Shown in pieces: positions 1 to 16,600 of a stretch of DNA of 64,000 bases. Under the pieces are notes generated by a model. The model made no database searches. It had not been told where the DNA came from and saw only the letters and a list, made by a program, of their open reading frames with translations. Position numbers and translations under genes: made by a program. The stretch comes from Chrysomallon squamiferum. Its lineage: Eukaryota > Animalia > Mollusca. Within the stretch, counting starts at the first letter, position 1, and every line of letters begins with the position of its first letter. The stretch spans positions 22,382,001 through 22,446,000 of the forward strand of contig CM022672.1 of the NCBI GenBank assembly GCA_012295275.1. Direction: 5' to 3'.

Positions 1-1007
1 ATTTTAAATCAAACTTCACACCCAACAAACACAATTTGATTTTCTTCTTTTCTTCTTTTCTTTTTTTTTCTTTTTCTTTTTTTTTTTTTTTTTTTTTTTT
101 TTATTTTTATTTTCTTTTTATTTATTTTTTTATTCGTGACGCACACAACTTTTCGGTGTAAGTCGAGTTAATACTCACGCACGCTTTCCAAGTCATTCAC
201 TTGGCGAGCAGGTCTGTTTTCTCAAAGAAATGTTTAACGTGATTTTCCAACTCCGTCATGGCAAGAGAGGAAGTAATTTCGTCTAATACGGAAGCTCTCT
301 TTCAGGCGAGGACGCGCCGGATCCGAAGTATACATTGAGGTCCCTTCACGCGCGTGTATCTTTACAAGGTGGTTTTCGGTTTCACTTAGCTTATTTCCTT
401 TTTGAATGAAATAGACATATCCCCCGCAGTTTCGCTATTCTGTCTATCTCCCATCTCCTCGCATCCATTAGATGCGACAATATTGCCGAAGAAGAAAACG
501 TCTACGGACGGAAACGCATTACTGTCAATGCATTTATCCGATTTGGCACGAGCTTTCAAAGCTCGAGAAATATATAATCCAATGGCCCTAAAAGAATGTA
601 TAGATTTGCATTTAGAAGCGGCGATTTTCCTTCGTCCTCCGAATCGAATTAACTCTTTCTTGTAATATCGCAAAAACCGGCAGCGTGTTAATTAATTTCA
701 AGATTAACGGAACCCGACTCGAGACTTGTCATCACGGAAGAAATGGCTTTTCTTCTTTTCATTCTTTTTTTTTTTTTTTTTTTTTTTTTTTCTTCTTCTT
801 CTTCTTCTTCTTCTTTTTCTTAAAATGTGGCAGACTTTTCATGTCCATTGCACTAACCAAAAAGCGGAATAATGTGCAAATGTCAGATACATTTCAGCAA
901 AGCACGTGCTTGTACGTTGCCGAAGAAAACGACGCGATGCATGCGACGGAATTTCAATCCATTTCCTGTTCAGGATACCTTTTACCCCATAGATTCTTCC
1001 TTTCTTC

Positions 1008-1042
<35 letters not shown>

Positions 1043-1459
1043 CTTTCTTTCTTTCGTTATTTTTTTTTTTTTTTTTTTTTTTTCTTTCAAAGTCTCTATT
1101 TCAAGTTGCTTTTAAGAGTTTTATTATTTTTTCATCATTATTATGTTGTTTTTTTTCAACGAAAATTTAAAAATTTCTCTATCGTTGCTTTTGAAGATTT
1201 TTGTATTTACTTTTATCTTGTTACTTTTATTTTAATGAAAATTTTAAGTTTTGTTTTAAAAAAAAAAAAAAAAAGAGAGAATCTATCTTGAGGTACTTTT
1301 AAAGATTTTGTATTTTATCATTTTATTATTTTTGTTCTTTTTAAAAGAAAGTTTTGTTTTTACTTATTTATATTATTTATATTTTTGTTTACTTATTTAT
1401 TTAATGGTTTTTTTAATGGTTTTAAGTTTTTTTTTTAATTAATAATAATAATAATAATA

Positions 1460-1501
<42 letters not shown>

Positions 1502-1827
1502 TTAAATCAATGAAATTTTAAAAACTTTTTAAGCGTCTAATATGTCTGAGGTGACTTGATTATTGTCGTTTTAACAAAAGTTTTATTCGAAGACAAAAAG
1601 CACATACAAATTATTTTTGTATATTTTATTATTACTAAGGTTTATTCTTTGTTGTCTGATGGAATATAAAGTGAAATAATTTTATGATGGATGTAGTATC
1701 AGTATTTATTTATTTATCATCATCGACTTCGTCATCCTCATCATCATCATTATCATTATTTTTATTATTATTATTATCATTATCATTATTATAATTATTA
1801 TTATTATCATCATTATCATCATCATCA

Positions 1828-1867
<40 letters not shown>

Positions 1868-2431
1868 TATAAAACTCGTTTTAAGATGAATACGACATTC
1901 ATATTTCTATTTAATATACTGAACATTCACATTAATAATAATTCCTTAAACTACTCTTAGCAATAACTGCCGCAAAAATAACGAAAGAATCAATAACAGA
2001 ATTCACAAATCTTATATTTACCCAAAAAGAAACAGAAACATAAATTTATAGTCCTGATATAATAACCACAAATTACAATTCTTTGGAAGCATTTGTCCCA
2101 AAATAATACCGTTTGATGTCTTCTGCTCTGAATCTCTTCCGCCATTTGTTCGTGTCACTTCTCCACTCTCCCGTGGAGGTCCGTGTTGTGAGGCGTAAGA
2201 AGGCGCGGGGGGTCGGGGATAGAGTTTCATGCTCGACGCAAAAAAACACCTTCTCAGTGTAACGCGGTAGCAACACGAAGATTCAATGCATTGAGCGCTA
2301 GATGTGAAAACACTATAACTTCCATTGTTGTTTTTAATTTTATACAACTGTTGTCGTTGAGGTTTATTTATATATATTAGGTTTCGTTTCTAATAAATAT
2401 ATAAATTATGAACTTACTTGAAATTATTATA

Positions 2432-2475
<44 letters not shown>

Positions 2476-2885
2476 TACTATATATCTTTTTAAATTAACC
2501 AATGTTGAAAGAATGTTAATTCAATACAGAATAACGATCACAATTCTAATTATATTAAGATATATATATATATATATATACAGACTAGTTTAATTTTTAC
2601 AGTTCATTTGCCAAAAATATGTTATGTACACAGCGTTATCGTATCTCCTTGTGCAATTTTTTTATGCATGATCTGTAAAAAAAGGATGAGAAAAAATAAT
2701 GTTTTGATTTTTTAATAATGATATATTTATTGTCAAGATTTTTAATTTTGAACATGACCTCTGTCATTATGATCACATATCGTGATACGATTCTGAAATT
2801 GTAGATAAAAATTTTGTAGCTAATTTTCACTTAAATCATTATATTTCTATTTATTTATTTATTTATTTACTTATTTATTTAACAG

Positions 2886-5992
<3,107 letters not shown>

Positions 5993-6793
5993 ACAAATTC
6001 TAATTGCCATAAAACCCCAGATCAAAAGTGCACAATGTAAGCTGCCACGGTTTTAGATGGTGATAAACAAGATGCTACTTCAAATATAAAACCGTGACAG
6101 ACTGCAATATGGACTTGTGGACATCTGTGCACATTTCATACGCAAAATTATGTACATATATATAACTAATTTATTTTTGTACATTAATGTATATAGTAAT
6201 ATTGTATATATACACATATAAAATTTTGTATATTATACTCTGTTAATGTTATTCTGACAGAAATGTCAGCTGTACAGATTGAAATATAATATTATACATG
6301 TATATTATGATGACTTATACGGCGATAAAATAGAAATTCGCTAAACTGATTACACTTGTCCTGTTTTCTTTTTTTTTTTTTATTATTACTATTATCACCA
6401 TTAATTTGTATACCCCGAAAAAGTAAATTTTACAAAAATGAAAAACATTAGGAAAATAATATTAAGGACAGCGACTAGGAACTTACTGGTTATAATAATA
6501 TATGAAGTATGTTTGGAAACAGAATCTGCGAAATGGCTATCATCAGTCTCAAACCAGTTGAAAACTGTTTAATTCCATGGAAGTTTTGTTACAATGGTTT
6601 TGGATACACTGTCCAGTAATAGCCGCTGCCCGCCATATACAGTATTAGTTTTAATTTCTCAAAGCTCCCATAATAATTCCCTGTAAGAGCCGATACCAGT
6701 TTGAAATTGTTGGTTTGTTTGTGACGTCACGCGTTTGTTATTCAGTTTTGGTTACCTAGAAGTACCACGAGGCAACCTAAATATGCTCCATCT

Positions 6794-6794
<1 letters not shown>

Positions 6795-6883
<89 letters not shown>
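6795..6883. repeat. (CA)n microsatellite
   Basis: Perfect dinucleotide run. Confidence 0.95.
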
Positions 6884-6884
<1 letters not shown>

Positions 6885-8418
6885 CGTCTAACAGGTAAAC
6901 GGCTAAAAATGATGGAAACAAAAATGACTCGATGCAGTCTGCAAACTTGGATAACTAACACCAGTACAACCAGTACAATTAAATATCAGTACGAAGACGG
7001 TGACGGTGATGACCTTAAAAAGAGAGAGAGAAAAAAAAAGAGTTAATCGGTATTTTATTTATTTATTTATTTATTTTCGTTGTTTGGTTGATTATCTATT
7101 ACAAAACATTTAAAGAGCTAATTAACTGAAGATATGAAAGAAAGAAGGGAGATTTAGAATTATCAGAATAAAAAAATAAAAGTTGAAAAACATGTTTACT
7201 CAGCAATAGCCGGAATGGTAATGATCCTTTCAATAGAGAGATGTATTTAAAAACCAGTTTAAGCATTTCATTTCACTTCATTGAAAAGAAATTCTAATAT
7301 TGCGCAGATATTTTATTAATATTTAATTTATTTAATGGTATTTGAACCTTGTCTCTTCTTTGCGTGATCGAAGTTAATATATTATGGTGTTACAATGTAA
7401 AATTGTTTAATACTGAGTTACAGTAAAAACAAACAAACAAACAAATAAACAAATAAATCCCGCATAAAAAAAGAAATTATTTCTTTCCTCCGCTATTATT
7501 ATTCATTTCTTTCCTTCTGTTCAAAATCCGAATGCTAAACTTATCTGTCATATAAATTGGCATGTGATTACGATAATAAAGACAAAATAATAAAGCTGAA
7601 TTAATTAAACTAATTAAATTAAATATTAACTGTACATAAATAACTGACCTTAATTAAATTTATGTTTTTACTGTTGATAGGAATCTAATTGGCGAAATCA
7701 CAATAAAATTTAGCTTCGATGAAGAGGTACTCTAATTGCAGCCGCAGTCGAGAAAATATAATTTTTATTTATTGATTACCAATAAGAGAAAAGAATCATG
7801 CATAACGGTGAAAAATAACAACAAAATATTATGGTTACGTTCATTTTTCCGATTCGGGCAATTTATGTCGTTTCTTTATTGTGAAATGTAACTTTATGGG
7901 ATTTATCTATCCTTGCAACATTAAATTCAAGATAGACAACTCTTTCGGCAATCACCGTATTAATTAATTAATTCGCCGTGGTAGTGTAATACATTTTAAA
8001 TATCCCATTTTTCTAGTACTGGTACCCAATACATTTTTGAAAACCTTGGATCCATAACCGCGCTTGATTTTCAGTTTTTTAAGTATTTAGAAATGTCACA
8101 TAATAATAATTCAATGGTATGGCTCCGCGCAGCTAAATATTGAATTATCTCCCATGTCTCTAAATCACTATGCAGTACTATATATTAAAAATAAATAAAA
8201 TTAATATAAAATGCAAATTAAATTTTTGCATGATATATATTTATAAAAAGGTGTCACTACTATTTTAAAAATACTGAATATTAATTAATGAATTTCAAAT
8301 ATTCTTTGAAATTTATCCGGGCTCTTGATGTCCGAAAATTCGATTGTGTAACTGTATTATCAATACAAATGGGTGTCCAATGACTTTTAACTCTGCTTTT
8401 AACAATGACTTTTAACAT

Positions 8419-8531
8419 CCATGGCCGTAACTTCATTGAGGCAAATGAGGCAAATGCCTCATACCGAAATTGACAATTTTTTATTATTTATCTTTTCGTT
8501 TCATTTTATTTATTATTAAATATTTTTTTTA

Positions 8532-8588
<57 letters not shown>

Positions 8589-8777
8589 ACAAAGATTTAT
8601 TTTAAAAATATAAAATATAAATCTCTATTCTGATAGAAACGATATTCACTGAATGGTTTCGTTTATGTCTACGATTACCGTTTGAAGTCTATTGACATGG
8701 ATGCGATGAAAGACATAACTGACTTCAAAGACATCAGTTTCTGCGTCATTTCTTAAAGAGTATAGTTACGGCCATGG
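8419..8777. mobile_element. Non-autonomous DNA transposon (MITE) with 14-bp terminal inverted repeats
   Basis: ccatggccgtaact (8419-8432) / agttacggccatgg (8764-8777); internal hairpin tgaggcaaatgcctca; no clear TSD. Confidence 0.7.
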
Positions 8778-10183
8778 CATCTATAACAATTTCACCTTAT
8801 GGCACAATATATGTCGATACTCAACAAACCCTTTAAAATAAATCACTTCTTTATCATTAAACATCATAATTAGCATTATCATCATCATTAGTAGTAGTAG
8901 TAGTACAATTGATTTAATTTGTATCCAACAAACATCTGGCTATATATGGAAAAAAAAAAAAAAAAGTAAGTTGGCGATCCCTGATTTAAATAAATAAAGA
9001 AAGTCAAATAGAATCCTTTATTATGATAAAATTGTAATTTTGTTTCATATACGACGAATCAAAACTTTATGTAGAGTAAGTTATGCTCCAAATAGCATCC
9101 TCGATCTTTACAAAAAAACAACAACCATGTCTTCATTCATTTTAAACCAAAAGTAAATAATTATATTGAATCCTACAGGTCAACACAATGCAATATTGCT
9201 TACTTCTTTTATTTAATGTATATATTAATATATATATAATTCCTTGTAAACTTTTATTTAAAAAAAAAAAATAATGATAACAGTAATAATAAACTCACAT
9301 TATATGCTTTTCCTCTGTTAACGAAGAAACAGACTAAATTATTATATTTTACATATCTTATTTTATTTTATATTATTTAGTTGTTGCTTATGCTATTATT
9401 ATTGTTTTATTTCGTTCTTTTCACAATGTCCGTTCTCGCGCCTCCTTCAGAATTAGTTTTGCAGTGTTTATATTTTTTAAATTTTTCCAGAACAAAAACG
9501 TTTTAGTGCCTTAGTACATATATTTCTCAAATGATTCTCATTCGCTATTTTTCTTTTCCTTTTCTAGAAAATGTTTCGTTTTCTGTTGAAAACTACATTC
9601 ACAAAATCTTATTTGTGCAGTATATTATCAAAATGATCTGATTCGGCGCTAGGGATCGTAAACATACCATTATGTTTATCAACGTGAAACACTTCTTTTC
9701 GCATTACCCTAGCGCTCACTGTCTCAGTGACAACATATTTAGTGTATAAATTTGTACTTTACTTTGAACGACATAGTACGAATGTTATAATTTATCGCTA
9801 ATTTATTGCAGTCGTATTTTGTAAATAGATAGGATTTATGCTAATTAAAACAAAGTTATAAAGCAGGAGTTTCTTTTAGACCTTTTCTTTATTAAAAAAA
9901 AATATATATAAACGACTAGCTAGCTGTATTTACAGTATCCAGACCTAAGTAATGTATCTTAGAGCCGATTTCTTCTATTCTGTTTGTTAGTTATACAGTA
10001 CATTACGTTAAAATAAAATAAAAATGGAATAAATAGTGCAAAGGTGATATAAAACAAAGCTAAAATATGGCTGAGATAAACATACTAACAGCATAACAGG
10101 CCTGAAATTTCGGTAAGGGGTGACTTTTAACTTAACGGCCTAGTCACAGGAAACAGAACTCGTTCGTTAAGTGAGGAAACACA

Positions 10184-10230
<47 letters not shown>

Positions 10231-10319
10231 TTTAAATTGAAATGAAATTACATTACCATGTACAGAACATTTAAATTTAATTAATTTTTATGTTAAGATT
10301 GTGTTTTTGAAATATAATC

Positions 10320-10370
<51 letters not shown>

Positions 10371-10619
10371 TATTATTTTTGTATTATCAAGAAATTCGAT
10401 TCTATACCCAATTCTGGTACTAAAATGCAGCCGTGAACGTTTTTGTTTTTCTAGCCTCGCACGTATAGTCTGAAACGTCTGTGTCAGAACGAGACAAATA
10501 TTGTTTTAAAACACGACTGGTATTCAATCGTTAGTTGCCTGCTTTTGTTAAAGCATAGAAGTAGAAAGCGTAGCATATATATTGCCAAGTTTGATCATAT
10601 TTGCAGACAGCAATATGTC

Positions 10620-13600
10620 ATGTTGGATAGCAGTAAACATAAAATGGACTTTGCTACAGTGAAAATGGATAAGTTAATCAGTTTCTTACAGAATCTGACA
10701 CAGCAACAGGTGACAATGGTATGTAACTAAATTGAACATCGAATATTTGTAAACTGGTTTTCATTAGTGAATTAGTATTGGTATTTTGTAAATAAAGTAA
10801 ATAAATTTAATTGACGTTAATTATTTTTGGATACTTCACATAAAAATTAAAGGCCAGTGAACAATGAGCTTGTCATTAGACATGCATATTTTTCACATGT
10901 TTACCACATTAGTTGTTGATTCTGGTTTGTTGATAAATAAATAATTTAATCATTTTAAATTATAAATGGTATTCACTCTACTGAGATTGATTAGATAATT
11001 ATTATGTTGGCAATCTTTGGATTATCTATTTTCCACTCTGTACTGAAATAAGAATATATGGATGAAACATTTGGGGGAATAACCATTGCGATTTTTAAAA
11101 ATTTTGTTCTGTTAATTCTTGGTAGAGAATCAATTACTCTTTATTGTCAAAATCTTTTGCTTATAATTTTAGTTCAGGGAGTGGGTTACTCTTTGATGCA
11201 GCCAACTGCATTATTTCTAACTTCAGTAACAGCTTCACAATTTATTGTATGCTTACAATCAGTGGAAAGGTGCATCTAAAAATTATCTGACTAATAACTG
11301 AACCTAATATTATTTTTGTCTATTTACAACTGACATACCTCAATTCCCCAAAAATTTGATTTATAAATGTGCACATTTTATTATATCTATATTTTCAGGA
11401 ATATTTTCCAAATAATAAACATAATTAAGATAATTTTGAAAATAAAACATGTAACAAATCAGGTACAAATTAATACATTTCTAAAGCTGGATAAATGATT
11501 GTCAAGCTGCTTACATTTAATTAAAAAGACAAAATCATACATAATGAGTAATTAAATAATAAAGTGCTACATCTTTTATTTATTATTTTCATCTTTATGT
11601 ATTATCTTCATTTAAGGGGATTAAATCTTTCAGTCTATTAAATAATTTAAACGTAAAATATTTCACACATTTTTAAAACTTTATAGATGGATAAATAAAA
11701 TAAATAAACAAATCATGTTAATGTGTAATGGAAGTTTACTTGATTGTTTATGTGACATTGTCTAACATGATCAGTATAATCTAACTTACAGAAAAACATA
11801 CAGTTTAGCTTATTTTAATTACTAATTACTTGACTTATATTCTGTAGGAGTTTCATTACAGGCATTTAGTTACTGTTATTTATTTATTTATTTATTTTCC
11901 TGACAGTATTTTTCAACTGTATTAGAAGCATATCATAATCCACCAATAAAAAACTTCAAACTGTATACGTGGAAATCAATGAAAATAGCAGAGACTTCTG
12001 TATCTTAACTATTTGACATATTTGTACAGAATTACCCTGTGGCCATGGTTATATAACAATGTCCTCTGATATGACCTGTCTTACGGTGTGTATTGTTAGG
12101 GAAATGAAATGGGTCAACTTCAATCCTTATATCAGTACTCGTTGGGGGGGGGGTAACTTATGACTAAGCAGTATTTTCCTGTTACATCTAATTCGTATGT
12201 AAACAGATTTAAGTGAATTAAATTTAAAGATTTGTTCTATAGGGATTTTGCATATTAATTCTACAAATACTCTCATTAATTAAAACTGCTATTAGTATAA
12301 TATTTTTTATAGTAACCATTCTTCATAAAATAAATAATATTACTGTGTTGTGTTTTTTAAATTATTTTATTTAAATTTTGTAAGTGATAAATGTATCTGC
12401 CTTTCAGAATAATGGGAATAACTTTTCTTTCTTTTTTTAATCTTGTTATTTTCATTTATATTTATATTATTGAACCTCTAATACTTAATTATATTTTAAC
12501 TGTGAAATATAGTGTAGATTTATTTAAATAATGTTTTCACCTTTGTTTGAACTTTCATTACTGTCTAAAAAGTAAATTTATTAAATAATAGGTTGATTAA
12601 TGAGAAATTACATTATGGCACATATGAAGTAAGCAAGTAGGCTGTTGGACAAGAGCGCAATTTTTTTATGCTGCTGTATCATAGTTGTACAACTGACCTA
12701 GATTCATATTTACTTTTTCCATTAGATCAAGAATAATCAAAGATATTCATGAAACAAGAATATTAAATATCACTGATTTAACTGTATGATACCTGTACTT
12801 GTATACAAATTACTTTTAAATTATCTATTAAAAAAAATATAAAATAAAGTATTTTGTAGTGTAATTGTTTCATTAAATTAGTTATAAATAGATCTTATTT
12901 TCTTCTCAATTTGATATTATTAAATGTCAGGTGATCATTGACCTGTGCTTCTTAAAATAAGAATAAACATCTGTCAAAAGTTTATTCATTTTCAGTGAAC
13001 ACAAAAGAATCAATATACTTCTACCTTCACTTCAGACAAAGGAGTAATATATTAGCATAACGTTCACCATTTTCCAATGATTTACATATACGCATGCACA
13101 CACACATACACACTTAAGACATTTATGTACATACATATCTACACGCATACATGCATACAGTAATTCAGTATCTATATCTCTGATCTGAGGTATGACTGGA
13201 GATAGGATCAGTCCTTCTTAATGCATTCATTGGACAATTATCTGTAGCAAACAATTATTAATAACACATTGCTATATCTGCTGTCTAATAATAATAATTG
13301 ATTCCATATTGCTAATAGTGGGATATAACCCACAGTATGTTGTTGTTATTATTATTAATTTTATTATTACTATTATTTTTTTTATTTTTTTATTTTGGCT
13401 TTAGAATTTTTATTCATTTTTATCTACTGAATTCAATTTTATTTTTATTTTTTCTCATTTAATTCTTTATTTGATATTCTAAATATATATATATATATAT
13501 ATATATATTAAACTTTCATCCAAAAATTCAGATATCCAGATCATCTCAAATACTAATATGAATGATAAATGGTTTGGTACATGTCCAAAAATCCTGTGAC

Positions 13601-16600
13601 CTTCACCCAGTAATCATTAATATTAAAATGTATTGAAGTATTGTTAAATTACAAAAAAAAACTTTAAAATTATTCGTTCTTGTATTCTAACAATAACAGT
13701 AACTAACTGCTTTTTATAAGGTTTTCGTAATACATGCATTTCTTTATCCAGCTTTTGTTACATAAGCATATCAGACAGACTTTTGCATTACACATAACAC
13801 TGTGTAAAGTCCTTGTTATGCTGACGTCTGTTCAATAATCTTAGACGTCATGAATATTTCATAATGACTCTTATAAAACTGACCGTAATGTTGTTCATCA
13901 AATATCAATATTAATTGATAGTACAGTAAAGAATATTTTAACTAAGTTTTAGTAAATAATGCAGGTATGTATTAAGGATTTCATTTCAGTTTCATAAATA
14001 TTTTTATGATCATGATCATAATGTTGTTGTTATAATTTTTTTTTTTAATATGTATGTTATTTTCTGTTTGCAGTGTTTTATTTCTTTCCTTTTTTAAATT
14101 TCTCATATTACTTTATTATTCTTTCTTTCAGAGTATTGTGATAACTGTTGCTGTGGGTGCCATTACTGTGCTTCTGATTCTGTTTTTTGGAGTATGGAAA
14201 ATAAAAGCAAAAGGTTTGTAGTAACTGCTATCTGAATTTGAAGTAACTTTTAACTGCTGACTCAGTATATAAATTAAATATGTACTGTAGTTTTAAATAC
14301 ATCCCATCAAAATTTGGCTGTTTATTTTCTGTCACACTCACAGTATATTAATTTTAAATTTTATTTATTGATTAATCTTGTGGAATTTTCTTTCTCTTGT
14401 ATTAAAGCATTGCTGAAAATAATACTGATCATATGAGAGCTTTTATGAAACAAAATTTTATAATTCATTTATTGCCTATACTCTTTTCTTTTGAATCATA
14501 TTTAACTAAAGTATAATTCTGTTAATAAATTTCATGTATGTTCAGAGGTTAAAGTTATATGTTAGTAAAAATGTTTGAGGCTTGCATTATTAAGTACAAG
14601 CATGTAGATTCTTTAGAAATATAAAGTAGAATTATTATTTTTAGTTTCAGATATATTTACATAGTTTTAAGATCATTGTTATTATTATTATTATTTTTTT
14701 TTTTTTTCCTTTTTCTCTATAACTAAAGTTCTGCCTAGCAGGAATGAACAGCTAAACAAATATCGCTTTAGAAAGAGAGAAAAACTAATGTTTTATGGAA
14801 GAAAAATGTTGCGGAAGGTAATAACATTTTTAGTATTATTTCATTTTCATTTAAATTAAAAACAGCTAAATGCAAATTATTAAACATATCGTTTTTAAGA
14901 TAATATTTAATGTTCAATTTCTTTTGACATTCACATTTTGAATATAAATATGTTTCTATGTGTGTGTGTAGTGTATTTGTGTTTATCTGTTATAACAAAA
15001 ATTTTTATATATGTATGATTATAGGTGCGAAGTTTCACCAGAAACACTATAGGAACTGGTCAGTCATTTGGTAGAAGAAAATACAATAGCAAACAAATGA
15101 TGCTGCGAATTAAAAGGTAAATTAATTTCATAAATATTCCTTCAGGATCTTTTACAGTGCAAAGGATATACACTATATCATCACAAATACAATAGAACAA
15201 AAAACTGAATTAATAATATGTATGTATATTTATAGGTATTCATGTGTTTAAATTATTCGTATTATTCAAGATTAACCTGAAACAACAGTAGCATTTACTC
15301 TGGGTATTATATATTTTTAATGCTGCAGTATGTTATGTAAAAACTTTATAAAGATATTTTCTTCTCACCAGTAATAATGTTTCTTAATTTACAATAATTA
15401 GAAACGTCTGTTTTTATTTTTTTATTAATTTTTCTTCTTCTTCGTTGTATTATTATTATTATCACTATTTTTCTTCTTTCTTTCTTTCTTCAGGTTTTTA
15501 CAAAGACATAAAGATGCAAGTCCACAGTTACGAGTAAAAGAACCACCACAGTCATTTCTGGAAGCTGACTGGTCAGATATTGAAGAAATGGACAGCAGAT
15601 TGCCACCTGAAGTTCTCTACATGCTAAAGAGTGTCAGGCAAATAAGAAAATAATATAAATTTTTAATTTTAACTTACTTTATCTGCTGTGTATGAAATAA
15701 ATTCTGAATCTGTCCCAATGTAATGTAAATTTAGTTTCTTTGCCATAATTTTTGTACTTAGTAAACTTTATTTGGTCATAAATATTTATAATATATATTT
15801 TATTTTTGAAATAAGAACACATGGTACACTGATCGAGTGCTTTATAAATTTTATTCATCTCATTTTTACAGAGTTTTTGGTCATCTTGAAAAACCTTTCT
15901 TCCTTGAGCTATGTAGGTTCATGGAATCCATGTTTATTACGGCAGGAAATTATCTTTTTAAAATTGGTGATTTGGATGACAGCATCTACGTTCTGCAGAG
16001 CGGACGAGTTGATGTCTACATCACAGAAAGTGTATGTTTCATGTAATTCTCTTTCTATAAAAATCTTAGTAAACAGTGTTACATTCTGTCCTGGGAAAAT
16101 AATTTTTTTTATTTTATTTGGTGCAGAATTAGTTATAAAGAAAGGTATATAGATAATTATCATTTTGAAGCACTGCTGAGACAGAAAAAGAAACATCTTG
16201 AAAACATTGGTTGTATTTAGCTTCAAAAACAATTATCATTTATCACTATGTTTTAGAACAAAAAGAGGCAGTAGTTTTCATTTTCAGATTAAAATTTTTA
16301 TTACCGATCACCAAAAACATTACAAAAAGTCTCAGTTTAATTGTCTTTTTATTGAAAAATATATTTCTTTGTGTAACACATACATATACATAAATTATTT
16401 GAAGATATTAATATTGTGTTTTGATTTTTTATAACCTGTTTTAGGATGGCAGTCAGCATTTGGTGAAAGAAGTGAGCACAGGAGACAGTATTCATAGTTT
16501 ACTTAGTATACTGGATGTCCTCACAGTAAGTGAGATCTGTTATTTATTTTAACAAATTAAAAAATTAGAAAGTACAAGCTATTGTTTTCATCAATAGAAT

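Noticed and set aside
685-1291. Poly-Phe / poly-Lys ORFs, and similar ORFs at 3305-3972, 5599-5885, 6735-7046 and 62988-63230
   Set aside because: Translations of homopolymer or microsatellite tracts.
1542-1550. ATGTCTGAG|GTGACT as the Awh first coding exon
   Set aside because: Phase-compatible but too short to distinguish from chance; left unresolved.
11907-11962. Possible extra PNPLA6/7 exon ([18 protein letters not shown])
   Set aside because: Good acceptor but no convincing phase-compatible donor and no family similarity.
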